Shown piece after piece: positions 43,196 through 52,462 of a stretch of 64,000 nucleotides of DNA. Both the position numbers and the translations under genes were made by a program. Where the stretch lies: IMG/VR virus record IMGVR_UViG_3300045988_167582; one strand, written 5' to 3'. The notes under the pieces are model-generated. The model saw only the letters and a list, made by a program, of their open reading frames with translations. It did no database searches and had not been told where the DNA came from. The DNA comes from a virus. Every line of letters starts with the position of its first letter. Within the stretch, counting starts at the first letter, position 1.

Positions 43196-43912
43196 ATGTT
43201 TGAGTTTTTTATTGCTCTGTTTGGAGGCTCTTTTTTGGGAGCTAAACTTCATTCAGAGAAGAAGCAACTGAAAGAATTCGATAAGAAACAAGCTGTCATA
43301 AAAGATGCTTACGACTCCGGCGTACAAGCTTGGGAAGCATCTGTAGTTGACAGAAATCTCGAGGACGAATTAACAGAGCGTCTGAATAGCGATATAGAAT
43401 TCAAACAGGCTGCGATTCAGGAAATGCAAGAAGAGCTTGGTGATGACATCCCAGAAACATTGGGTTATCCTACTCCTCGTTCGGCTGTGCTTAGATATTT
43501 GCTTGCAAAGAAAGGAAAATTACTTTCCGCCGATGCTTCGCAATTTGGGATTCGAGTTGTTGCGCCTCAGCCTCACGACAGCAAAGACAAGGCGCGATGG
43601 AAGCAGGAAGTAAAATTTGTTCGTTGGATGGGCTCTAAAATTAAAGATTTTGTTCCTGATGCAACTTTAATGTTTAAGAGCGCTGGGGGTTTTGACAGCA
43701 AACCTCTTTCGGCTAACGCCATCTCTGACTATGACGGCGGAGATTTCTTCTGGGACGTATCTTCTTATGTAACCTACGGCAGTAAGTTTGAACCGACGCA
43801 GGAACAGAAAGAAAAAGAAGCAAGTCTGTCTAACGCCTGTGGGATTTTTGCAGGAATTCTTATTTTGATTTTTGCCTTTGTTATCGCCGTTCTTGCTATT
43901 AAAAGCATTTAA
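43196..43912 (+). CDS. hypothetical protein with N- and C-terminal hydrophobic segments
   Basis: gggggagg RBS; FEFFIALFGGSFLGA and GIFAGILILIFAFVIAVLAI. Confidence 0.6.
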   Translation: MFEFFIALFGGSFLGAKLHSEKKQLKEFDKKQAVIKDAYDSGVQAWEASVVDRNLEDELTERLNSDIEFKQAAIQEMQEELGDDIPETLGYPTPRSAVLRYLLAKKGKLLSADASQFGIRVVAPQPHDSKDKARWKQEVKFVRWMGSKIKDFVPDATLMFKSAGGFDSKPLSANAISDYDGGDFFWDVSSYVTYGSKFEPTQEQKEKEASLSNACGIFAGILILIFAFVIAVLAIKSI

Positions 43913-44712
43913 TCAAATAAATAATCCGGCAAATCCACTTTGTACCCCAGTAGCACTCTGCCATAGCAGCGGACTTCCGATACGCTATCAGCGCTAACGA
44001 AAACATTCGTGTTTTTTAGCCTCGGGTTTGCAGAAACAAGAGTCAGATTCCTCTTATCATCAACATAGTATTGCTTGCAATATATTGCACCATCAACACA
44101 AAAAATACCAACATCTCCGACAGATAAGTCGCAGTCCTTTTTGACGTAGACAGTGTCGCCATCGTGAATATAGGGTGACATACTGTTGCCTTGAATTCCA
44201 ACAGCAAAGTCTGCGTCGGCAGGGACTGTATCGTCCACGAGAATCATTTCAAAATCATCACCGTCCAAAGGCACGGAATAACCAGCAGCTGACGGCGTTG
44301 AGTATCTCGGGATATATCTGCTCGGGGATTTTCCCTTTTCAAGTGAGACAATCGGCTCGGTGATATTGGAAACTTTAGTTTCGGATTCAACACGGGATTT
44401 TTCCAAGAGGCAGAGGGTTTCTACAGCCTTACGACCATGACGGTCAAGCATTCTATAATTAGACAACAGTATGGATTCTTGCTTGTTAAGCAAAATCGGT
44501 TCCTTTTTAGGTTCGCCACTTATGCCGAGAAGGTAGTCTGTCGAAACACCAAATAACGAAGCCAGAGCAATAATAGCTTTCATGGAAGGGGCTTTAGTAC
44601 CGCTTTCCCAACATCTTACACTTACTTCGGACACACCAAGCCTTTGACTTACATATTTTTGAGTAAGATTTTTTTCAAATCGCAATGAACGAATTCTACT
44701 GCTGAGTTCCAT
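43909..44712 (-). CDS. LexA/CI-type repressor (XRE HTH plus S24 peptidase domain)
   Basis: N-terminal LTQKYVSQRLGVSEVSVRCWESG HTH; C-terminal GNSMSPYIHDGDTVYV ... S24 Ser/Lys-type domain; ggagg RBS on the - strand. Confidence 0.85.
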   Translation of the reverse strand: MELSSRIRSLRFEKNLTQKYVSQRLGVSEVSVRCWESGTKAPSMKAIIALASLFGVSTDYLLGISGEPKKEPILLNKQESILLSNYRMLDRHGRKAVETLCLLEKSRVESETKVSNITEPIVSLEKGKSPSRYIPRYSTPSAAGYSVPLDGDDFEMILVDDTVPADADFAVGIQGNSMSPYIHDGDTVYVKKDCDLSVGDVGIFCVDGAIYCKQYYVDDKRNLTLVSANPRLKNTNVFVSADSVSEVRCYGRVLLGYKVDLPDYLFD

Positions 44713-44750
44713 GATTTATCCTCCAGAGACGATTTTCTTTTAATGGGTGG

Positions 44751-44779
44751 TTGACACCCGGGAAGTTTCGTGGTATTAT
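44751..44779 (+). promoter_or_regulatory. sigma-A type promoter (rightward)
   Basis: TTGACA, 17 nt spacer, TATTAT, with TGg at the extended -10. Confidence 0.7.
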
Positions 44780-44808
44780 TAAGACCGAAACAAAAGTTTA
44801 GCATAGAC

Positions 44809-44837
44809 ATGATAACACGAACAAAAGTTTTTGTCAA
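44809..44837 (-). promoter_or_regulatory. candidate leftward promoter for the repressor
   Basis: On the - strand: TTGACA (44837-44832), 17 nt spacer, TATCAT (44814-44809). It overlaps an imperfect palindrome ataacac...gtgttat. Confidence 0.4.
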
Positions 44838-45020
44838 GTGTTATTGCCAAAGTACACAGCGGTAAAAAGAAAACACCCCATTCGAAGATGGGGTGCCGGA
44901 ACGCACCACAAAGCGACCAAACAATGTGATGCAACCACAACAGAGTCGTAGTGTTATCTACAACCCGGATAGGTTGAATAACCACAAACCACCTATCCTA
45001 TTGTAGTATACCACAAAGAT

Positions 45021-45365
45021 TTGAAAAAATCAATGGAGGAGTATCTACAAATGCAGAAAATATCTCTTAGCGAGTTCAGCAAGTGCTGTTCCGCACAATC
45101 ATACACAAGATTCATTTTATCTACGGATAATCAAGCTTGGGATAAAATTGATAACACGATGCGTATGGAATTTGAATTTAACTCTATTAGTGTCAGTTAT
45201 AATCCAAATATAATTAGGTTGAGTCTCGGCAGTAATTATATGAGTTTTGAAAGAGTAAAATACATAAAAATCGAGGAATCTTCGATTCTCGGTATGGTAT
45301 ATACTATCGTTTGCGGTAATCCAATAGTCAAAAGCGATGATTTTTATACCATCATAGCCCGCTGA
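45021..45365 (+). CDS. hypothetical protein; start uncertain (TTG 45021, ATG 45033 or ATG 45051)
   Basis: ORF; ggaggag lies 9 nt before ATG 45051. Confidence 0.5.
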   Translation: MKKSMEEYLQMQKISLSEFSKCCSAQSYTRFILSTDNQAWDKIDNTMRMEFEFNSISVSYNPNIIRLSLGSNYMSFERVKYIKIEESSILGMVYTIVCGNPIVKSDDFYTIIAR

Positions 45366-45395
45366 ATAATTTTTGAAGTAAATTTTATAATTATC

Positions 45396-45424
45396 TTGAC
45401 AAAGAAGATTTTTTGTGCTATACT
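45396..45424 (+). promoter_or_regulatory. sigma-A type promoter
   Basis: TTGACA, 17 nt spacer, TATACT, with TGc at the extended -10. Confidence 0.7.
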
Positions 45425-45442
45425 GTTGCCGTAAGATGAACT

Positions 45443-45895
45443 ATGGCGAAAGGATGTGGCACCTTGAGTCTCCCTACTATCAGCGGCAGACAGCCCCAAA
45501 TCGGGGATATTTACTTAATGCACTTCGGAGGAAGCGGAAATGAACAAAAAGGCTGGAGACCCGGATTGGTATTTCAAAACAATCTGGGAAATCGGTATAG
45601 CCCTAATATAATAGCATTACCCTTAACGAGTGCAATTAAAAAATCAAACCAACCAACCCATGTATTTATTCCGTCAAGAGACACTGGGCTTGTAAAAGAC
45701 AGTATGGTTCTTTGCGAAAATCCTGAATGTATGTCAAAGGAGAGAATCGGAAACTACCTTACGACTTTACCGAAAGAATACATGAGCAAAATTGCGATTG
45801 CTAATTTATTGGCTTCATCAGCGTTGTCTTATATCGACCCAGATATACTCCTTGCAGTTTGGCAGAAGGCGTTAGCATTAAATGCGATAGCCTAA
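45443..45895 (+). CDS. PemK/MazF-family toxin (mRNA interferase fold)
   Basis: GDIYLMHFGG...GWRPGLVFQNNLGNRYSPNIIALPLTS ... SMVLCENPECMSKERI follows the MazF/PemK pattern. Confidence 0.8.
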   Translation: MAKGCGTLSLPTISGRQPQIGDIYLMHFGGSGNEQKGWRPGLVFQNNLGNRYSPNIIALPLTSAIKKSNQPTHVFIPSRDTGLVKDSMVLCENPECMSKERIGNYLTTLPKEYMSKIAIANLLASSALSYIDPDILLAVWQKALALNAIA

Positions 45896-45917
45896 TACAT
45901 AGAAGGAGGTTAAGGCT

Positions 45918-46868
45918 ATGTATAACGAAGAATTAAAAGCACGATTTGTTCATGGATATACAAAAAGTATTTCGACTGCAAAGTTGTGCGAAACAATTTT
46001 TAACGCCATTGAACCATATGAAGTCCAGTGGGGCGCAGATATGTGTACCAGAAGCGCAGAGGAACTGCAGCCGGTAATTGAAAATATCACAGGGTTTCGT
46101 CTGAAAAGCAAGTGGAGTCGAATTATTATCCTAAAAGATTACGTGAAGTGGTGTATGACCGTTGCAAATGTCCCGAATGCTTGTGACGGAATGCTTCAAG
46201 TCAATTCTGCTGGGCTTGACAAAATCAGGCGGCAAATGGTAGCGAGTCCACTACATCTTCAAAAATATCTTGACCAATTATACGACAATGAATCCATGCA
46301 TACAACTGATAACATTTATCGTTGTTATTATTGGCTTGCGTATGGCGGTGTAGCAGAAGAGGATATCATCAAGATTAAATGCAAAGATATCGATTTCTCA
46401 AATATGGTTGTTCATTACAACGGGACGGAAGTGCCGATATATCGGGAAGCAATACAGGCTTTTAAAAATTGCGTAGAATTAACGCAGTTTGTTTATAACC
46501 ATCCCAACTATAACAAGACTGTTTGGAAAGATAGGGCAGAAGGAGATACCGTTGTCCGAGGTATTCGTTCAACGGCGTCTGTAAAATATCTTCGTGTTGA
46601 GCTATCCAGAAAGGCAAAATCGAAGGAAGAGCAGACTGGAATTCGCTTAAGTTACTACAGGGCATGGCTTTCAGGGATTTTTTATCGAGCTTACGAGCGA
46701 GAGGCTGTTGGAGAGACGCCGAATTTCAGGGCGGTTGCTTCAGCTCATATGGATGGTAGGGTTTATAAACTCGACAGCGGCAGAAATACTGAGGAAGCAA
46801 AAAAAAGACAGCTTGCAAAAGACTATATGAGCGACTATCAAAGATGGAAACTTGCATTTAAGATTTAG
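45918..46868 (+). CDS. hypothetical protein (316 aa), possibly a regulator with an integrase-N-terminal-like domain
   Basis: aaggagg RBS. I find no tyrosine-recombinase R-H-R-Y catalytic signature. Confidence 0.5.
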   Translation: MYNEELKARFVHGYTKSISTAKLCETIFNAIEPYEVQWGADMCTRSAEELQPVIENITGFRLKSKWSRIIILKDYVKWCMTVANVPNACDGMLQVNSAGLDKIRRQMVASPLHLQKYLDQLYDNESMHTTDNIYRCYYWLAYGGVAEEDIIKIKCKDIDFSNMVVHYNGTEVPIYREAIQAFKNCVELTQFVYNHPNYNKTVWKDRAEGDTVVRGIRSTASVKYLRVELSRKAKSKEEQTGIRLSYYRAWLSGIFYRAYEREAVGETPNFRAVASAHMDGRVYKLDSGRNTEEAKKRQLAKDYMSDYQRWKLAFKI

Positions 46869-46941
46869 TTTCAAAAATGAGAACACCCGTGTTACGGGTT
46901 TCTCTTTACATATATCAACCTAATTAGAAAAACTGCAATAT

Positions 46942-47016
46942 TGAGGTGTAGCCAAGCGGTAAGGCACAGGACTTTGACTCCTGCATTCGTCAGTTCAAAT
47001 CTGACCATCTCAGCCA
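46942..47016 (+). tRNA. tRNA-Gln (anticodon TTG), CCA encoded
   Basis: U1-A72 acceptor tgaggtg/catctca (as in bacterial tRNA-Gln), anticodon arm cagga-ctttgac-tcctg, T arm with ttcaaat. Confidence 0.9.
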
Positions 47017-47056
47017 AGGCGAAAGCCTAAAAATCTTTAGTGAAAGGAGAATTCGG

Positions 47057-47617
47057 ATGGATAACAAAGAACGGTTTGTTTCTTTGTGCAGTACAGTTAA
47101 CCGAGAGGGTATGGCAGAGTTAATGAAGTGGCTTGATGATAATGACTTCTACACTTGCCCTGCAAGCAGCAGATTTCATGGCGCGTATCCCGGCGGGTTA
47201 TTAGAACACTCGCTGAATGTTTATGATGAGTTAAAACGACTTTTGAGTGTGTATCCGGAAATCAAGGTTTCCGAAGATAGTGTAGTCGTCGCAGCTCTGT
47301 TTCACGACCTCTGTAAGGTGAATATGTATGCTACGGAGAAAAGAAATCGAAAAAATGAAAACGGTCAATGGGAAAGCTATGACGCATACACGATTAAGGA
47401 GAAGTTTTGCTATGGCGGACATGGCAGCAAGTCGATTTTTCTCGTCCAGCACTTTATTAAGCTTACTCCAGAAGAAGCTGTGGCAATCAATGCTCATATG
47501 AGTTGCTGGGATGGTAACACAAGTGTCGGAAACGCATACGAGCAATTCCCGTTTGCATGGTTACTTCATGTAGCTGACGAGTCAGCGACCTATATCAAGG
47601 AGGGAAAGGTAAACTAA
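47057..47617 (+). CDS. HD-domain phosphohydrolase
   Basis: FHGAYPGGLLEHSLNV ... AALFHDLCK. Confidence 0.75.
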   Translation: MDNKERFVSLCSTVNREGMAELMKWLDDNDFYTCPASSRFHGAYPGGLLEHSLNVYDELKRLLSVYPEIKVSEDSVVVAALFHDLCKVNMYATEKRNRKNENGQWESYDAYTIKEKFCYGGHGSKSIFLVQHFIKLTPEEAVAINAHMSCWDGNTSVGNAYEQFPFAWLLHVADESATYIKEGKVN

Positions 47618-48312
47618 TGGCAGGACAGTTAAATCTGGTTCAGAAACTTGCGAAAATTCGAGCAATTTCTGATGTGGTATCCAAAGAAAAGCGTGGCTAC
47701 AACTACACATATGCGGATATTACGACCATTCTGGCGAATATTACAGCCGGAATGAAGAAGTATGGCGTGTCGTTAATCCCGTCGGTTGTACCGGGAACGG
47801 CAGAGGTTTCTCAGAATGTGGTTACAAACACGAAGTTTGATAAGACCGGCAAGGCTTATGATAATACCGCGACAGAGATGTTGGTAAAGGCAGAAATGGT
47901 TTTCAAATGGGTAAACGATGAGAACCCAGAGGAATTTATTGAGGTTCCGTGGTTTGTAACTGGTTCACAGACAGACCCCTCGCAAGCATTTGGTTCCGGA
48001 CTGACCTATTGTACGAGATATTTTCTCTGCAATTATTTTCAGATTGCGCAGTCGGATTCAGATGTTGATACATATCGCAGCAAACAGAAAGCTGCAGAAG
48101 AGTCTGAGGAAAAGGCTATCGCCGAAGAAATCATCAATGGTTTTGATATGCTTGTAAAACAGTTTCTTGCGGACAACTCCGATAAGGTCGATGAGGTTAA
48201 AAAGTTTATTTCCAAATACGCTAAGAACGCTAATTACCTTGCTATCAAAGAGCCGATGCTTGCGTCTAAGCTACTTGCTGATTTCAAGGCAAAATACAAA
48301 GTGGAGGGTTGA
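47617..48312 (+). CDS. ERF-family single-strand annealing protein
   Basis: LAKIRAISDVVSKEKRGYNYTYADITTILANITAGMKKYGVSLIP fits the ERF N-terminal core; it lies next to ssb. Confidence 0.7.
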   Translation: MAGQLNLVQKLAKIRAISDVVSKEKRGYNYTYADITTILANITAGMKKYGVSLIPSVVPGTAEVSQNVVTNTKFDKTGKAYDNTATEMLVKAEMVFKWVNDENPEEFIEVPWFVTGSQTDPSQAFGSGLTYCTRYFLCNYFQIAQSDSDVDTYRSKQKAAEESEEKAIAEEIINGFDMLVKQFLADNSDKVDEVKKFISKYAKNANYLAIKEPMLASKLLADFKAKYKVEG

Positions 48313-48314
48313 TT

Positions 48315-48698
48315 ATGGGTTTTCGTAAAGAGGCATTTGCAACAATTTGGTCAGTAGAGTCCACATCGGATACGCTTACTAAGGCAAGGATTTCTATCAG
48401 TCGTAAGAACAAGCAGACCGGTGAATACGATACCGACTTCAGTGGTTTTGTAAGTTTCGTTGGTACTGCAGCGGCAATAAAGGCTGCTGGTCTTAAAGAA
48501 AAAGACCGTATTCGTCTCGGAGATGTGGATGTTACTAACAAGTATGTCAAAGAGAAGAACATCACCTATACAAACTACAAGATTTTCAGTTTTGCAACGC
48601 AGAATGAGATTGATGGAACGTCGAGAAATACTGAATCTCCTGAGCCGAAGAAACCGGTTGACGACGGTGAGATTGACGACGACCGCCTGCCATTTTAG
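48315..48698 (+). CDS. ssb: single-stranded DNA-binding protein
   Basis: OB-fold-sized N-terminus and an acidic tail ending in DDDRLPF. Confidence 0.85.
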   Translation: MGFRKEAFATIWSVESTSDTLTKARISISRKNKQTGEYDTDFSGFVSFVGTAAAIKAAGLKEKDRIRLGDVDVTNKYVKEKNITYTNYKIFSFATQNEIDGTSRNTESPEPKKPVDDGEIDDDRLPF

Positions 48699-48707
48699 GG
48701 GTGCTGT

Positions 48708-49508
48708 ATGGGAGAAGTAAGCTATAGACCACTCATCGAAGAAATGGTTTGGAGCTATAGCCGAATCGAATCGTTTGAAGACTGCCCATATCGATGGTTT
48801 TTGAAGTATATTAGCAAGTGTTCGGAAGAACCTAAGTTTTATGCTTCGTTTGGGTCTTTTATGCACAAGCTGATTGAAATGTACTACAGAGGGCAACTTA
48901 CAAAAGAGGATATGCTTACAAAGTATCTTACGGATTTTTCTAAGGAAGTACAAGGCGTGAGACCCTCTGAAAGTATAACAAAAAACTACATCAAATGCGG
49001 GGCAGAATATCTGAGAAGTTTCAAACCATTCAATTTTGAGATGGTTGATGTTGAGAAAAGAGTCCGGTTCGACATAGACGGTATCCCGTTTATCGGGTAT
49101 ATTGATTATCTTGGCTTAAAAGACGGGAAATACTACATCGTTGATAATAAGTCACGGAATCTGCAACCCAAAAGTAAAAGGGCAAAGCCAACAGTCAAAG
49201 ACAGAGAGCTTGATTCAATGCTTAGACAGCTATACATATACTCTGCGGCGATTAAACAAGAATATGGGGTGTTCCCAGAAGCGCTGTGCTTTAACTGCTT
49301 TAGAACAGGAACATTTATCGAAGAGCCTTTTAATGAAGAGGCATATCATTCGGCTATAGATTGGGTTAAGAACATGGTTGAGGATATCAAAAATACGGAT
49401 GAGTTCTATCCCAATAGAGAATTTTTCTCGTGCTACTATATTTGCGGTGTAAGCGGTGATTGCTGTTATGACCAACAAGCACGGAAGGAAAGGAGGCTTA
49501 AGGTATGA
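48708..49508 (+). CDS. PD-(D/E)XK nuclease, Cas4/RecB-like with Cys cluster
   Basis: N-terminal CPYRWF, IDYLG...YYIVDNKS core, C-terminal CYYICGVSGDCC. Confidence 0.75.
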   Translation: MGEVSYRPLIEEMVWSYSRIESFEDCPYRWFLKYISKCSEEPKFYASFGSFMHKLIEMYYRGQLTKEDMLTKYLTDFSKEVQGVRPSESITKNYIKCGAEYLRSFKPFNFEMVDVEKRVRFDIDGIPFIGYIDYLGLKDGKYYIVDNKSRNLQPKSKRAKPTVKDRELDSMLRQLYIYSAAIKQEYGVFPEALCFNCFRTGTFIEEPFNEEAYHSAIDWVKNMVEDIKNTDEFYPNREFFSCYYICGVSGDCCYDQQARKERRLKV

Positions 49509-50836
49509 TGAGAGCAGAAGATATAAACAGTATTGAAAGTGAATCCGGCATTATTGCTTCGCTGATTCATAATCCAGAGCTTTCATTCTATTCCGAATAC
49601 TTACTTCCGAACCATTTCACAAACAAGGAGAATCGGTGTATATACACGGCGATTTGTGACCTCGCCAGAAAGGGTATCACAACGATTGACCCGTACAATA
49701 TTATCGAAGACCTGAATTCCTCGGAAGCTACAAGGAAATATGCCGATGAACTTTCTGTGGATAAACTGCAGGAGCTCGTAGAGATGAGTGATGTTCTCGC
49801 GAGAAGTTCAGTAGAAGAATATAAAATGCTTGTCTCGAATGTTATGGATGCGGCATTTCGCAGAGATACATTCCAACGTCTCAAAGAATGTCAGGCACTA
49901 TGCTATGACCGTTCCGAAGAAAATGTAGAACAGAAAATTTATGCAGTCATAGACGATGTTATGACGGAATTCTCAACGGCTAATGAAGTTCCTCCATACA
50001 AGGATGTCATTGATGACTGTTGGGAAGAAATCAAGACGCGACAAGGAAACGGGTTTGCCGGTATTCCGTTTAAGTTTGCAGCTCTTAATGAGTATGCAAC
50101 AATTGAACCCGGTGAACTGTTCATTTTTGCAGCAGAGGCAAAGCAGGGGAAATCAATGATGCTTCTGAATTGCGCTATCGATTTATTAAAGAAAGACCTC
50201 GCCGTTTTATACTTGGATAGCGAGCTCAACACGCGACTGTTTACTGCGAGAGTTCTCGCTCATCTTTCAGGTGTAGAATATAAGCGACTTACATCCGGAA
50301 ATTATACCGAGGAAGAAGCAAACAAGATTGACAAGGCGAGAGAGTGGATGAAAACAAGAAAATTCACGCATATCTACATTCCTATGTTTGACCAGCAAAG
50401 CATTTATACTGCGGTAAAGAAGGTTAAACATACACAGGGACTTGATGTGTTGATTGTTGATTATTTCAAAGGGTCGGGCGACGGTGACGCTTTTGATTCC
50501 TATCAGGAACTCGGCAGGTTTGTTGATATGGTAAAGAATCAGATTTGTGGCGAGATGGGAATTTGCGGAATCGGAGCTGCACAGGCAACTATAAATGGAA
50601 GGGTAGCGGATTCAGCCAAAATCGGACGCAACGCCAGTACAATTGCCCTTATACAGGATAAGTCTCCGGAGGAAGTAGAAGCGGACGGCGCAGAATGCGG
50701 AAATAAAAAGTTGCGCGTAATTCTAAATCGAAACGGTATGCAGATGGCGCCCGGAGAATACATAGATTTGCTGTTTGACGGAAATCATATTCTTTACAAG
50801 GAAGCCAAGCAGCACATCCCACAGAGTCCTTTTTAA
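49505..50836 (+). CDS. dnaB: DnaB-like replicative helicase
   Basis: DnaB N-terminal domain pattern (ESGIIASLIHNPE...) and a RecA-like C-terminus (FAAEAKQGKSMMLLN, VLIVDYF). Confidence 0.85.
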   Translation: MMRAEDINSIESESGIIASLIHNPELSFYSEYLLPNHFTNKENRCIYTAICDLARKGITTIDPYNIIEDLNSSEATRKYADELSVDKLQELVEMSDVLARSSVEEYKMLVSNVMDAAFRRDTFQRLKECQALCYDRSEENVEQKIYAVIDDVMTEFSTANEVPPYKDVIDDCWEEIKTRQGNGFAGIPFKFAALNEYATIEPGELFIFAAEAKQGKSMMLLNCAIDLLKKDLAVLYLDSELNTRLFTARVLAHLSGVEYKRLTSGNYTEEEANKIDKAREWMKTRKFTHIYIPMFDQQSIYTAVKKVKHTQGLDVLIVDYFKGSGDGDAFDSYQELGRFVDMVKNQICGEMGICGIGAAQATINGRVADSAKIGRNASTIALIQDKSPEEVEADGAECGNKKLRVILNRNGMQMAPGEYIDLLFDGNHILYKEAKQHIPQSPF

Positions 50837-50878
50837 CAAATCAGCCTAATTAAAAAAATTGCTATCGGAGGTGATGGT

Positions 50879-51862
50879 GTGGAGCTGGAAGATTTGATTG
50901 AATCAATCGATATTGTGGACTACATATCTCAATTTGTTGACCTCGAAGAGAAAAACGGAGAATATTGGGGATTAAGTCCATTTAAGGATGAAAAAACACC
51001 ATCATTCTCCGTTAGGAGAGAAACAAATAGTTTCTATGATTTTTCAAGTGGTATTGGTGGCAATGTTTTCACATTTGTGAGGTTTTACAATCATTGCACA
51101 AACGCCGAAGCGGTAAGCATTCTCAAAACGTTTGCTGGTTACGACGGTGAAACTGTTGTTCCAAGGAAGAAGATGGCGGCAACATTGATTTGCAAACGTT
51201 TCAAACCGCAAAAGACACGTAAGAAAACCAGTGGGGGAACAATTTACCCCGATAACTGTATGGAGAAGTATGAAAAGCGCGAAGATAAGCTCGCTGTATG
51301 GGAGAACGAAGGCATTTCAAAAGAATCTTTGGATAAATATCAAGTGTATTATGATAGCTTCTCAGATAGACTTGTTTACCCTATACGAAATATCTCCGGA
51401 AGGATTGTAAACATCGGTGGAAGAACGCTTGACCCGAAATGGAAAGAAAAGAAATTGCGGAAATATACCTACTTTTCGGGCTGGGGAGAGATGGATGTAA
51501 TCTATGGTCTTTTTGAAAACATGGATGCCATTCTTTCTGCACACGAAGTTATCCTTTTTGAAGGCTGCAAATCCGTGCTCTTAGCGAATACTTGGGGTAT
51601 TCACAATACAGGAGCTCTTCTGACCTCTCACCTCAATCCGCAGCAGTTGAAAATACTTGTGCGACTTGGTGTCAGAGTTGTATTTGCTCTTGATAAAGAT
51701 GTTAGGGTAAGAGATGACCATAATATCAGCAAGTTAAAGCAGTATGTAAACACCTTTTATCTCTGGGATAAAGAAGATTTGCTTGACGAGAAAGACGCGC
51801 CTGTAGATAAAGGGCAAGAGGTTTTCCAGATACTGTATGAGCAGCGTTTGAGATATAGGTAG
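50879..51862 (+). CDS. dnaG: DnaG-type primase (TOPRIM) with a degenerate zinc-binding motif
   Basis: GTG start after ggaggtga; SPFKDEKTPSFSV ... GIGGNVFTFV, VILFEGCKSV, FALDKD. Confidence 0.8.
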   Translation: MELEDLIESIDIVDYISQFVDLEEKNGEYWGLSPFKDEKTPSFSVRRETNSFYDFSSGIGGNVFTFVRFYNHCTNAEAVSILKTFAGYDGETVVPRKKMAATLICKRFKPQKTRKKTSGGTIYPDNCMEKYEKREDKLAVWENEGISKESLDKYQVYYDSFSDRLVYPIRNISGRIVNIGGRTLDPKWKEKKLRKYTYFSGWGEMDVIYGLFENMDAILSAHEVILFEGCKSVLLANTWGIHNTGALLTSHLNPQQLKILVRLGVRVVFALDKDVRVRDDHNISKLKQYVNTFYLWDKEDLLDEKDAPVDKGQEVFQILYEQRLRYR

Positions 51863-51872
51863 GAGAGTGTTT

Positions 51873-52462
51873 ATGGCAAGATTTATTGACTTAACCAATA
51901 ATAAGTTCGGAAGATTAGTCGCTATACGCCCAACCGATAAGAGAGGTGCCGACGGAAGCGTTGTATGGGAATGTATGTGTGAATGCGGAATACTTCTTTA
52001 CGGTCTGTAAACACACTCAGTTGCGGATGCTATGAAATAGATTTGATAAAAATGTGGATAAAGACAAACGAAATCATCAAATCAATAGACGGATATTACA
52101 TAGGAATTACATCTAATACAGGTAATCATTTCCTGTTTGATGAGCAAGATTACAGCATCGTATCAGAACATACTTGGAGAGAGGACGCATATGGGTACAT
52201 CGTTACAGACATTGGCAGTAAGCGTTCGGTTAGGCTTCATAGATTACCGCTAAACAACCCAGACAATATTATAGACCACAAGAACGGAAATCTGAAAGAC
52301 AACAGGCGGTGTAATCTGCAGCTTGCGGATGCACACACGAACCAAATGAATAGGAAATGCAACTCAAATAGTTTAACTGGTATCAAGGGAGTTACGTTCA
52401 GAAAAGAGCGTAACAACTATTTATATCAGTTTAGCAGGGAGGTGAAAAACAATGGGCAATAA
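51873..52462 (+). pseudogene. frame-interrupted HNH homing endonuclease with an AP2-like domain
   Basis: N-terminal NKFGRLVAIRP...WECMCECG stops at 52010. The -1 frame continues NTSLRSVNTLSCGC ... IIDHKNGNLKDNRRCNLQ ... GIKGVTF. One missing A in tgcggaatact would fuse the two frames. Confidence 0.7.

Noticed and set aside
45918-46868. Tyrosine integrase next to the repressor and tRNA-Gln.
   Set aside because: I cannot find the R...HxxR...Y catalytic residues. Only the N-terminal region is faintly integrase-like, so no lysogeny integrase is called.
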